Shown here: positions 30,199-43,998 of the stretch, piece by piece
How positions within the stretch are numbered: the stretch's first letter is position 1
How the letters are laid out: every line of letters begins with the position of its first letter
DNA from: Auanema rhodensis
Taxonomy: Eukaryota > Animalia > Nematoda
Direction: 5' to 3'
Assembly (NCBI GenBank): GCA_964057225.1
Contig: OZ059897.1
Span: 8,990,001-9,054,000, forward strand
Length of the DNA stretch: 64,000 nt
The notes under the pieces: generated by a model
Told to the model about the DNA's origin: nothing
The model's database searches: none
What the model saw: only the letters and a program-made list of their open reading frames with translations
Program-made: the position numbers and the translations under genes

Positions 30199-33100
30199 GA
30201 ACTGCTGCAAATAGGTGATGAAAGAAGAAAATATCAATTGATTTTTAAGCTTTAAATGAACGACAATTAAAAAATTTGAAACTACATAATGTGTAAAGAA
30301 TGAACAAAAATTATGAAATGAATTATAGATAATTTCATTTTGACTTGAATTGACAATTAAATATAATAAATTAAATTAATTAATAATATTTTAAAGAATT
30401 ATAAAAAAAAAGATATAAATATTAATATAAATGAAAACTGTGATGGGAAAATCAAACACCTCAGTGAGTGCGAATACCAGTAACTCTTTGGGGTGAAATA
30501 CCAAAAACATGAAAGTGAATGTTCTTTGAACAGTGCTCTTGAGAAGGGGTGAATGGCATAACGAAGTTTTGGGGGGATACAGAGAGACGGGGTCCTCTGC
30601 GTGTCTATCTTCACGCATACACTTTACGTGACATGATGTCTGTTTCTGACATTATGTGTCTCACGTGTGTTTTCTAGACATAGTGCAAAGTGTGGACACA
30701 GGAGCGAAAAGCAAAGATTTCATTAAACATTAAGAATTTTAAAAGAAAATGTTATTCAAAATCATTTTTAACATATTATTATGTGTTGAAAAGCTCAAAA
30801 GACCACAAAAAATGGAATGACAAGGAGCGCAGGAACTCTGCTAGATAAAGCAGGAAATGAGTTGTATCTAGATTGATAATGTTTCTCTTCATACACATAA
30901 TTGTTTTAATTCTTAAGTGGTCTAGTCCTCAACATAATGGAAATACATGTCTCTTTTCCATTCTCTTCTCTCATTTTCTTCATCATTATTATCATCTGTT
31001 AACTCTCTTTCTATCAATACTCTCTAGGATTCGTTAGCATGTCTCGTTTTCGAATCAGGAGAGTAAGCGATGATATTGTCAGTTTGCCGTCATGGTTCTA
31101 TTATAGAGTAGAGTAGTACTGTGATTATAGAGAGAATCAAAGATGAATATGGACTACGAAAGAAAAAGAGAGAAAGGGACAGAGAGAGAGAGAGAAAAAA
31201 AACGCAAACGAGAGATGAAAAGTCAAGAGATGATAACGTAGATGCTGAAGATGATATTATAGGTGACGGGAGGGGAGAATATCAATTTTTTCGGGCTAAA
31301 AAAAGAAAATATGTGAAAGCTTTGTTCTATAACAGTCTTAGACTTTGGCTGATTGAAATCTTACGAACGTGAAATGAAAAACCAATCATAACTGATGGCA
31401 TGATAATGATAATTTGATACTATTAAAGAATTCTTCGGTCTCAAGAACGAAAAAATTCGATCTCGCTTCCAGATTGGCCACACAATCATGGTGGTCTCAT
31501 ATGAAAAATTATAAAATTAGTAGTTCCGATAGCGCAAGAGTAATTATAATTCTCTATTTGAATAATTGACGAGACTGACAATTAGCCATTTGGTATGTGA
31601 CCTCATATTGAACAAACGAAACTGAACTTTAAGAAAGAAGGTTACAGTTGGCTATTTTCGATCTCATTGGTATACCCGAATATGAAAATTGATAGTTCTT
31701 TCATTACTACCCAATTTTCATGATTTTGTTAATCTAATCTATGATACCTATTCTATTATTATTCCTTTTCTAGTTAAATAATTTAAAAATAGCAAAAGAT
31801 GTCATAATTTCATAATTGCAACCGCTCAGCTTAAATTGCAAATTTGAAAAACCACTTTGAGAGAGATGCGCAGTTCACGTTTTCCGTAGGATTACGACTT
31901 TCGAATATAATTTTCAATATTTTTGATGATCCAATAATAATATTTTATTGTATAAAAACTTTTAAAACTTTGAAAATCATTATTTATATTTAGTTCTTAA
32001 AAGTTCTTGCAAGATAGCTTTTCTAATAAAATACAATTATTATTGTTTTTTGCTTTAATGATAAGCAGCTTAACCTTCAACAGTTCAGTTTTGGTTTTCA
32101 TTACTTCTTACGGTCGTCAGTTCTCATGTTTCTCTATGTACTATGTTGTACTATCGTACTCATACATTTATTTGTTTTGGAATTGTACTTCCTATAGTGT
32201 CGGTAATACAGAAAAAACGACGAAAATGTCTAGAAATAATAATAAATAGCAATAAATAAATTTTAAAAAAATATGAAAAAGACAATTAGAAATTAGTGAG
32301 GGGTTCGAGCGTTATCCTCCGTAATTGTTATGATTGAATATATTTATGATTTAGTAACTTGATCACCTCTATATTTCTATATATAATGTATTGAATTTTA
32401 TCCAAATTACAATGAACTAAGACAAAAAACAACAAATAAGAGCATCTTCATAATTAATAATTATTATGAAATATCAGATTTGAATTCAAAAATTATCTAG
32501 ATATACCAGTCTATTAGATCAAAACGTCGACAAGTGCAAAATGGTAATATGGAGAAAAGAAAAGAAACATAAAAATTCATCAAATCATTCTTCTTGTTCC
32601 TTTTTCTTCTTTTTCTTTTTTAACAGCCAACCTAAAGTGTCCTTAGGACTCTCTAAAGTTTGATCAAAATCGATTGACACACTAGGTTGATCAACAGTTT
32701 GTTCGAATAATTATAAATCAAAGCTATTTCTTTTAATAATATCTTATTTAATAAAGTCAGTAGATAACAATAGTTAAAAACATATGAAAAGCTATTTTCA
32801 GGCTAACCTTTTCTAATTTCATCTTTTTTTATCTTATCGTACGATGATTAAGAAAAGACTACAGATTGTATGTAACTATTATTGATTGATATTAAAACCA
32901 AATCATTTCAGCTAAGCTATAATTTTGATTTGTTAATAATAAAAATAATAATTTGTTGTCTTTCTAAAATCATTAATCTTGGAAATTTCTTATGCATAAG
33001 GAGTTGGCTCATGCTCATACAATGCCGCCTCCCTCCCGTAATATTACACAAAAAGAAAGTTACTTGTAATTTAAAGTGAAGCAATTCTAATTTTTTTTGA

Positions 33101-33357
33101 TAGTAAAGGTTTTTTTCTCTCTTAGCTGTAGTTATCGTTAAGATTTTCTTATCATACTTATTGGTCCATATATAGACGAAAATCTACCAATGAATGCCAG
33201 TTTTGAAATAACTCAGTGTATTACAAAAGTTTACACCATTGCCGGTAGAGGTTGATGCCGTTTTCTTGTCAAATTTTCTTATTTGATTCTAATAAAACAT
33301 ATCCGTTTCTTCGTTATTAAATGCAAATTTTTTATTCGATTTTGCAGGTTGGCAAAC

Positions 33358-35943
33358 ATGGCGAAGGGTAAACTATGGGTTTTAACTTTAACAATACTTT
33401 TACAGCTGATTCAATCAGCTAAAGTTCTTGTAATGCCTAGTACCCTCTACCCTGTACATCCATATACTATGAAACATTTGGTGGATGAATTAGTTAAATT
33501 GGGACATGATGTAACTTGGGCTGAACATGGCCCCATTGAGGTATAGTTCTTCATTTTTAATACTTTGTTTTGACATTTTGCGAGACTCCGTACTACGAAA
33601 ACGTAAAAATACTTTAAAAACAATAATTAGGGTTTTTGACAGACTAAAACATTGATAACAACTTTTTTCTGGGAGAATGTTTGTAAAATTAGCTTAAAAT
33701 CTTTAGATAAGAAACTTTATTGCTTCAAACAAAAAAATTTAGAGTGAAGTCAAGTTACCCTCGTCCGTAAAACGAATCTTTTGGAAAGTTGAACATGATA
33801 ATGGAAACCTCCATGAGATTTTTGTAGAAAAATCTCATGCAGTTAACAAAATGGTGATTTTATCTTTCATTTTTCTTAATCATTAACTTCATATTATGCA
33901 GCTTTGGCAACCGGATTTCCATTTGAGGAATGAGCAAACAACTGCTTGGCTTGCAAGTATTCGTCTTTGCGATAACTTGCTAACAAATCACAAAGAAGAT
34001 TTTGAAAAGATTGTTAAAGAAAGGCAAGCAGCTTTCATTTATTTTGCTATTTTTTCCTCTCATATGCATTCAAAAATATTTTAAATAACATGTATTTTAG
34101 ATTTGATGCTGTGATAGTTGATGATTTATACAATCCATGTGGTATTCTTCAAGCCGGACTTAAGGGTAAACTTTTCATCCTAATAACATAATTAAAGACA
34201 CAAAATTTACAAGATATCTAGCGAAATCGTTAATTTTTCAAAATTTAATCATGACTTTCTCGTAGGTGCTGTATACATCTACTGGAGTTTGACATCGATG
34301 CGAGCTGAATCTGCCTGGGCAAATCAAAGTCCTAACCCACCTAGTTACCTACCTGTTCATGGAACGACGTATGTGTCTTTTTGATAACAGTTTTCTTTAT
34401 TATTTTTAGTCTTACCGAAGATATGACATTTACTCAAAGAGTTTACAACATGGCATATTATCTTAGAGCTTTATACATACATCAACAAATTGTTCATCCT
34501 CGAATTGATGCTGTTTTCCAGGTAATTTTTATAATTAAAGAACTAGGATTATGCGATCATTGAATAACTATTCGACAAAGAAGGCTACTTCTCTTAAAAT
34601 TTTGAATTTATTTTGATCATAGCATTATCTCATACCGAATTTGGCTTCTTTAATTCAATTTGTCAATTTCAGAAGCATTATCCAGGAGTTGACAGTGCTT
34701 TCAATATTGAACGAAATGCTTCCATTAACTTCGTCAATACTCCACCTATTTATGATTTTGCCAGACCATATATGCCTCGAGTTAATTTCGTCGGAGGGTT
34801 ACATTGCCACAAACCCGGTCCCTTAACTGGTGTATGTTTTCTTCATTCTTTAAAGAGGATCTGATTAGTATTATTTGGAAATATGAAACTTTTTTTTCAG
34901 AAATTAGCAGAGTTTGTTGATCAAGCTACGGAAGAGGATGGCTTTATCGTAGTATCTGGTGGTTTTACCGCAAACTGGCAGGATGCTCCTAATCATGTCA
35001 AGGTATTTTTTACTTATAGATGAATTATAACTTTAAAACAACCTTAATCTTAGAGTTTATTTACTGAAGCCATGAGAAATCATCCAAAAACTAAGTTTAT
35101 CTGGCAGTTTAACGATTCTGAGAAAACTATCCTCAAGCCTTCTAATGTGTTTGTTGCTGATTGGGTTCCCTTACAAGATCTCTTAGGTAAAACTAAAGCT
35201 TCAAATTAGTTTCTGAGAACTGTGTTTCAGGACATCCCAAGTGCAAAGCTCATATTTCCCATGGAGGCTTAAACAGTTTGATTGAATCTGTTTGGCATGG
35301 AGTCCCAGTTTTAGGAATTCCATTGACTGTATCAGGTTTGAGGTTGAATCCAGAATTCACAAACTCACAAGTTTTTATTAGGTCATGACAACATTTTGAG
35401 AATCAGCCATCGTGATGCTGGTATTCTCCTGCCCAAGGATCAACTATCTGAAGAATCGCTCACTAAATCTATTGCAAAGATCAAGAAGAATAAGTCGTTT
35501 AACCTCTCCCACTGTTATCTTATTTTTTCGTGTTTCTTCAGGTTCAAAGATGAGATGCTTGTTTTCCAAGATATGGTTCGTGATGTTCCATATACTGAAT
35601 TGCACAATGCTGCTTTCTGGGTTGGCTTCATCGAACGTCACCAGGAGGTTTGTCAGCTACATCACTTTTATCGAATAACTGTCTGCCAATATTTCAGGTA
35701 CCCCACGCCAGAAGTGGTGCTGATAAGCTGAATATCATCCAATACTTCATGGTTGATGTTATTCTTCTATTAGTTTCAATAGTCATTATTACATTTTCTG
35801 TTTTATTGTTTATAATTCGTTCAACATTCCGATTAGCTGTATGGGTTTTCCGACTAGTTACTGGCTCATCTTCTGGACAAGGAAATCAGAAATCTTCATC
35901 CTCAGCACCACGAAAGAGTGCAAAACATAAGAAGAATGATTAA
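33358..35943 (+). CDS. UDP-glycosyltransferase (GT1), ER membrane-anchored
   Basis: Signal peptide, N-terminal catalytic His (YPVHPY), [34 protein letters not shown], signature [35 protein letters not shown]-terminal transmembrane segment and KKxx-type end (KKND). Confidence 0.93.
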
Positions 35944-38900
35944 GCAGTAAGGGTAAGCAAACTGCTAGTCTCTAGTCCCGAAGAGTGATATATCTCTGTA
36001 ATATTCTTCAATTTCATATATGTTATATATTCTTTTCTCATTAATGCGAATATCACATGTACTGGTGTGTTATAAACTGCCTTTTATACTTTTTTTCATA
36101 AATTCCTCTCAAATAGAATTTATACTGGAATTGGCTGATTCCAATCAACAGAAAAATCATACAGAAAGGTAGAGAAGATTTTTGGAGAGGAAGACTCTTT
36201 TACGTAAGGAATGATGACCATGATCCAAGATAATGAACTGTATGACAAGATGTCTGCAGATCACTTCTCGATATCTACAAGTCAAGTCAACTGTGTTATT
36301 GGTATTAGAACATTCCGGCAGAGATGAATAGGCTAGATAGGTGGATTTGGTTAGTGATCAGAGTTCTTCAAGTCTATTGAAAGATTAAAGTTACTTGCAA
36401 ACGTTTGGTTACAAACTAACATTTGAACAAAGAAATTCAAATGAAATGCAAAAGGCTAGACTTGAAAACTATTTGCTAAGAAAAAAGTTATTTTGAAAGA
36501 AAAAGCATAACGAAAAACATAGTAAGAAATAGGTAATGAAGAAGATTGAGAGTTATAACTGGTGAGCATGTTAATAGTTTTGATGTATAATAATTCATTT
36601 ACTACTGGTTGTAGCTTCTATTTTGTAACAAAGGATTTGTATTCCCATGCATCTCTAATTGTTCTGGAGCACAAATGAGATTTTATGAGAAGCAGTGAAG
36701 TAATGAAGAAGGCAGCGGCGAAGTAACGTGACGAACGGAGTAGATTATGCCCAACCGGTTGACGCGTTTACATTCGGAGAAATGATTTCAATTTCCTCAC
36801 GTCCGTGGAAGGGGGCGATGTTCGAGTTCAGTTTTCAAGAAATGAATTCAAAACAAGGAAGAAGAAAAGGTTGAATCCTTTTCTTCATTCGGAAAATATC
36901 CATTTGGAGATGAATCATGAAAAGCTTTCCTCTGCTTTGTCTTCGTCGAAGTTCTAATGATGACTTTTAGATTTCTATTTTCTACTTGTATTGTTCCAAG
37001 AAAGTATCGTTATGCTCTAAATATATATTTGAATAACTATAAATCTTTGGCCTTCTCTATACAACAATTAATTGGAAATTTGGAGTAAGCCTGGCGCCTA
37101 CATATGAAAGTTTCATTCTCAGGCTCAGAGATCGTTCAACTTTCTTTTTTTCTTGAAAATAGAAAGAGTTTTTATGAACTAATTTAGATTGGTTACGAAC
37201 TTTCATACGTTTTATGCAAAACGAACAAAACAATAATAACTTCATATTCTCTCTGTCTCATTCTTTGTTCTCTCCCAATCTCTCCCTCTATATTTCTCTT
37301 TCTCTAACTCTCTTTAGCTTTCTCTCCACATTAATCTCTTTTCTTGTTTCTCTCTCTTTATTTCTTCATCTAACTAGCTTGCAAAACAATAGATGCACAT
37401 GAAAAATTCGTAAATTTCATACTTAGACATCTTTTATTAATGAAGTTCTATGTCCTTTTTGCTTTTCCCAAATATTCTTATCCAATGAATTGTCTATGAT
37501 GTTTTTTTGTGTCAAAAATTTTCATTCCTCTTGCTGTTCACCAAGATGGCTCTTCTTTCTCTTTTTCAGTATCATTCGTTGGCAGCCATCGGAAGTTCAT
37601 CTATATTTGCAGCTTTTCACGGCTAATAGAGAACCTTGAGTTCTGAGAAGCTTGGAAACGCACTGACTTTGAGACTGACAAGAATTTGAGCAAAGGTTCG
37701 GATGACAAAGAAAAAAAATTGATGAAACGAAGGTTCCGATAGAAAAAAGTTTGCAAAAGGTTGTGAGATAGAAGAAGCGACCAGAGAGACTAAAAAAGAG
37801 TGAGAGAAGGAGGTGTAAGAAGATAGAGCAAAAAGGATTGGAATAGAAGATGAAGGTTTGTCATGAGTTCAATGAAGTTGCTCGGACCTCTATTTTTCTG
37901 CTTTTGCAGCTGCAGGGGCGCATGTTTTGCAGCCTAATCTGGCCTAGGCGCAAGCCCTTTTGCGACCACTTGCTTTAGCTTCGAACACCCTGGTACATAC
38001 AATTCTATGTATGTATCTGCTCATGAATGTTTTGAGTTCTTTTTCTTATATTCCCTCTTTGTTCACTCCCCCACTCCTTCATTTACCTACTCTGAAATAG
38101 CATAATTCTCATAGCAAACTGAGGTTTTTTCGTTTCTATTTCGATTTCTTAGATTATTCAGCTAATTGCTAAACGTATTCCAAGCAGTTAAATTCAGGAA
38201 AAAGATTGTTGTCATTCAATTTGCAAGAAGCTATGAAGTAGAAATGAGCTGGAGTTGTTTTATCTTCTACAGCTGATCTACATTTTCATGAACAAGTTTG
38301 GAGCATAAGCATCTACTATTCTGCTGAATATTCCTTGCTCATCAGAGAGCAATTACTATCGTTCGTTCACATTGCAATGATGTTCATTGACAAACACAAT
38401 GAAATAGATGAAACTGAATGAAGAGCATCATGTACATTTGTTCAGATTTCGTCCGCAAGCTTTTAAACTTTTCCTTTTTTCTGACAGAAAAAAGAAGAAT
38501 ATGCATAAGTCACACACATATTTTTTATATTTAAGTAAACCTATCCAAGTTCAGACGACCTTACAGCCTCTTACTCCACTACTCTCCCAAACTAACAACC
38601 TTCTGAGGGGCGTGAAAGTACGTATCCCTCGCATGTTTTTGGGGTTAAAGGAAGGAATAATCCACATCTTCCATCTATTTCTGTCGTTATATTCATCGGT
38701 CATCTGTCTAAGATATCTTATAATTATTACTAGAAGAAGAAGATGATGGATTCACCTTCTATATTCTCTCGCAATATCATAATCAACATCATCTCATCAA
38801 CATGCATCATGCTGCATACTTTAAGCTTTCGTACTCTCATATATACATCAACATGTCTTCTGTTTCCTTCTTTCCTCATCCCAATTTATATTTATTCAAC

Positions 38901-41801
38901 AAGCATCATGACTTCTATTTTAATATCACTCTTCCCTGTTAGCTAGGCTCAGAAAAACAGAAAGCCAAGATAGTTGAGCAGTCGAAACAGTGAAAGGAAA
39001 GAGAGAGGGCGGTTGCAAGGAAGGGGATGTGAGGAGCAGGGTTGCAAGAATGAATGTGACTTGATACAGATCCTAATGGGTAACATACCTTGCATTCAAT
39101 TTCCATTTATTTTTCTTCATCTTCAACCAAGTCCACTGTTCTTCTTCCTCACGGAAAATTAGCATTTGATGTTTTTTCTCTTTCCATCCTTCCCTCTCTT
39201 TCTATTCTTTCTCTTTCTATCCCCTCTCTTTCTTTTTCTCTTTCTCTCTCTCTTTCTTGTTGAATGTCTATTCGTATTTTTACTTCTTTTGCAGATTATA
39301 ATGCTACTACTACTACTACTACTTCTACTACTTGCTGCTGCATGTTCTTTTTCTTTTTGTAACCATTTGTTTTCTGTTTTTAAAACTTTGTTCGTCAGTT
39401 ACTCAACATTGTCGTACTTTTAACCATCAAAAGCCTACTAAACCTACTCGTTTTCTCTGCCTGATATCTTTAAGTGCTTTTCAAATTTATATACATATTC
39501 TTGTCACAGAAAATTCTTCCTCTTTCCAACTCTGTCTCCGCCTCTTTATCCTATCCCTTTTTCTTTTCCTTTTCTTCCTTTTTTTAAATTTTTTTCTTCT
39601 CTTCAATTGTTTTCCTTATTTTTCTTCAGTATTTCCTATCCTTCCTTTACATGTTTATTTTATTTAATTTTAAACCATTTCAACACAACAGCCTCTTACA
39701 TGATTTCTTCTTTCATAATTATTTTGTTTTTCTTCTTAATAGTATACTCATTACTCGTACAACTATATTAAATCGGATTCTTCAGCACAATAAGTTGAAG
39801 TTCATCTATTAATTCCTTTTGATTAAGCACAGACCACTCTAACAGCTATTTATCAAGATTTCCCCGTTTCTTCTCTTTATGACTATTTTTTTCGTGTTCC
39901 ACTAATACCTCCTGCTTAACGCTCTTGTTACTTCCACATTTGAAGCTCAATTGTACTATATTAGCAGAGAGAAAGAGAGAGGGAGAGAGAGAGAGAGAGT
40001 GAGGGAGCATGAAAGAGAGAGAGAAACTGAGATAGTAAGAGAAGATATATCTAATTGTTGCACTGTGTTTCATCCCTAATTCTGACTACTTTTTGCTGTG
40101 CCAAATATTTTAAGAATTTTTCTTCTTAAAAAAAATATTCTCGTCATGTTTCATTGTTTTCTCATTGCTATTAACGTTGTTGGTGAGTCTTAATGGCTAT
40201 TTTGAAATCAAACTTCATTTCTTTTGTACAATTTGATAGGATGTTTATTGAAATATATCACTTATGTCGATTAGTTCATTGATTATAATGACAAAAATAA
40301 TTCTAAGATGGGCTTGTTTCCTGTTATTTTTCAAAAACAAAGCCCAAAGAACGATTATACTTTCAACACCTTCATCATCGCCAGCATCATCATATCCTCT
40401 TCAATATCTGATCACTAACTCTTATTGTTCCATGATCTTTCATTCTTTCCTATTTCACTTCTAGTAGTTCTACTAAACGTATCAATCCACATCTTTCCTC
40501 TCCTTCCTTTCTTTCATTTTCTTGCCGTTTTGTCGTCTGCGTTCGAAATTGACGGCAAAGTGAACGACAACGGCATCAATGGCATCAACGGCAACGATGT
40601 GCCCAGTTGTGATTGTTGTTATTATCCATCGTATGCTGATTCTGCTATTTCGCTGCTTGCAGCAGCATAGCCAAGCTGCTGGTCGTTTTGCACTTCTCTC
40701 TTTTCCTTCTTCGTTTTGCTCCTCTTTTCGCGTTCTTTCAATCTATCTATGTCCGTCCGTCTCCGACAGCTTATGAATCCTGCTATGTTCCGTTGGATCT
40801 AGCTACTACTCACACATATCAGCAGCCATATTTAGTCTTCGAAAAGCAACAAATCATATTTTTGCAAGTATTTTCAGCAACATTCGCACATTTCATTATC
40901 TAAATAATTATATTAATCTGATTTCGATCGGTTTGTCTTTGCTATTTGCTTTTGCATATGGCATCTTTAGCAAAAGACTCGTCCTCCTATGAACGTTAGC
41001 TTTTGTTTGCCAATACTTCAAGAGCAAAAACCGTTAAAGCATGATAATCATATAGAATTCACGACTGAATAATACAGAAAACGAGTAAGTTGGAGAGAAA
41101 GATAGAGAGGTTGGGCAGAAAAAGAAATGGAGGTAGAAAACGATACACGATGTCTATCAAGTAAGAGAACGAAAGATTAAGAGTGAGAGGGTATAAACAA
41201 GGATTTATATTCATATAATATATCTTTTACATGCATAGGTGTAAGTAGTTATGCAGTGGCAAAGATGAATGATTTACCTAAGGCTATCTTTCTTCCATCG
41301 TTTAACATGCAGCTGACATTTCAGCTTATTTGCAAAAGATGTTGTTCTTCTTTTCAAGGATTTCGAAACCTTTTTCGAGCTCCATTTTTACTCATAATAT
41401 CAATGCTACCTCCTTCCATCTCTCCCTGTTATACTCTTTTTACTACTCTCTACTTCCCACTACTATATCTTTCTTCTCCACTCCCCCCTTTCTCTCTCTC
41501 TCTCTACCTCTCTCTTTTTCTATCTATCTAGCTCTTGTTCTTGTTACACGTATCTCCCTAATCATCACTATGTTATTGTGAAAGCATTAGCATGAAAGTA
41601 GAAAAAAACAAATCCATATCCATACTTGTATATCAATATTATTTATTTATGCATTTCTCTATAATATGAACATATATCTATATATTTGAACGACGAAAAT
41701 ATAGATAATTTATATCAAATAATCATTTAGTTTTTCATTCATCTAAACTAAACAAACTACTACTACTTGCTCTATTCTTACTCTCCTTAACATCCCTCTC
41801 T

Positions 41802-41804
<3 letters not shown>

Positions 41805-41841
<37 letters not shown>
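41805..41841. repeat. (TC)n microsatellite; similar tracts near 42288, 43972, 45060 and 45782
   Basis: Visible directly. Confidence 0.95.
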
Positions 41842-41845
<4 letters not shown>

Positions 41846-42287
41846 TGCTAACTAATACATTTTGCGACTAAAGTAGGTTCAATCATTCATATTCATGGAA
41901 ACATTAATGAATTTTGTATGATCATACATATATTTTATTTTTATTTTTTATAACATAAATAATTAGAATAATAAATTTAGGCTGGTATAGGAAGTAATTT
42001 TGCAGAGAAAAAAATACCTTCCGGACTTGTTTAAAGCTTTTATTTTAGAATTTTTTCAAATTTTATAAAAATATCTATTTTTTCCCTCTTCTCTTTACAC
42101 TCCTCCCTCCTCTTTGATATTTCCTTTTTCTCTCTCACAATTTCTAATTTTACTCTGCACCAGAAGCATTCAGCCATTCATTTTTATCTATTCGTTAGAA
42201 TAATTCAGTTAATTATGTATATACCATGTGTAATAGTTTCAGATTTTCAAATCACCTTCATGACATTTTCATTTTCGTCTTCGAGGT

Positions 42288-42336
<49 letters not shown>

Positions 42337-43967
42337 TGTCTTACCTTTCTCCATATCTCTATATGTTCATAACTTAACTATGCATATAAAGAGTAATTCA
42401 ACGTTTAATTACATGCTTTTGATTTTTCTTTCTATACAATCTTCACTCTAACTCCTCTATCTATTATTTTTTTTTGCAAAAAAAGCATAAAAAGCAACTG
42501 ATGTCATAAACATCTGCAAGCTATTTCCTGCATCATCCATGCTCATCATATGTACATACCAGGTTTTAGTATTTAAATTTTCCTCAAATGTAATTGTGAA
42601 TGCAAGAATATTATGAGAACAAGATACAAATTTGCTAATAGCTTGGAGAGAAAACCTGAATATGCATGGGTGATTGTAATCAAGAAACATACCTGTAGTA
42701 GAAGTAGAAGTAGTATCTCATGTCAGTAGTTATCGTCCAAATGTAAGTGCTTGTCTGCTACATAGATGCAAGGTTATTGGTATTTTATTCAAAAAATTCA
42801 AAAAAAATCCAAACGATGGCCAATTAATGTATGTTATAAAGTGCATTTCATATAGTTATCTGTAGGTATAAATTATTATTTCAATATATTCAATATTGTT
42901 TTTCTCCTAATATGCTACTACTACTACTACTATAGTACTACAAATATGTATTCGCATTTCTCTCTAGTTTCTTGTTCCAAAAAAAAAAATTCTCTCAAAG
43001 ATTGGCGTGAAAAATGGTAATATTATTGTTTTATTTTTGTAAGAAAAAACGCCAAAAGAAAAAGAAGAAGAAAGGGAAATTTGCTATATACTATTTCTTT
43101 AAATGTCATTCAATCGTACTTGCTTATTTCCTTTTTTCTCTTTTTTTCATTGTTTTCATCATCAAATCTTTATTTTCCCATTGATTTGTCTTTCAAAAAT
43201 TTCTTGACAATGCCAATATCCAACTGATAATATCACGTATAACATTGTTCAATCTTATATATTTTTATTATATATCTATCTATTTATATATAATTTACTT
43301 TTAGGTTCATCTTTTATGCTTTTCACATGTAACTTGACGTCAATACTCTGTAATCCAACTTTAAACTTAGTAGCTATTAGAAAATGACGATGGATTAAGG
43401 TTATTTGTCTCTTTTAACTATTCAAAGACAATCTGACAATTTGCTATTTATTCTTCTAGCACCTTCTCCTTTTCTTTTTTCAATTTATTTTCATGTATAA
43501 TACTTTGGGATAGTTTCTATTTATGTTTCTTTTTAGGAGTTTTTCTCTCTTTTTCCTTTTTTTCTTCGACTTGTAGTCACGCACTCATTGCCTGATCAGC
43601 ATTTCTACTCAAAATACTTCTTCTTCATCGTCTTTTTTTAGTTTTGAGCATCATCATTTTGTTCATCTTCTTTGACGTCTTCCTACCAACCATCAAAGAA
43701 AGTCGTATGTTTCTCTCCTCGTCCTCATTTTCTTTTTTTTTGTTCCAACTCATTGCTTTTTCTATTCTCTTTTTATACTACTATCATCAGTTTAGCATTT
43801 TGTTCATCTGTCACCTCATTCTCATCGTTCTCTCTTTAGGCTTTGCAAGCAAGCAAGCAAGCAAGATCTTCTCTAAAATGGCATCTAGTCTTCTGCAAAA
43901 AAGCTGCTACCGATCTCTGCTCCACGATCAACATTGTACATTTCATACTCCCTCACACACACACACT

Positions 43968-43998
<31 letters not shown>

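Noticed and set aside
32299-32322. GGTTCGA B-box-like motif
   Set aside because: No A-box or cloverleaf, so not a tRNA.
37905-37965. GC-rich stem containing AGCCTAA, considered as a telomerase RNA template or DNA-elimination motif
   Set aside because: Only 7 nt match the TTAGGC complement, there are no telomeric arrays, and I cannot match a defined elimination motif.
39294-39423. ttttgcag|attataATG followed by MLLLLLLLLLLAAACSFS, resembling a signal peptide
   Set aside because: The poly-Leu comes from a (CTA)n microsatellite of a type also seen near 41757 and 42915, and I found no downstream exon.
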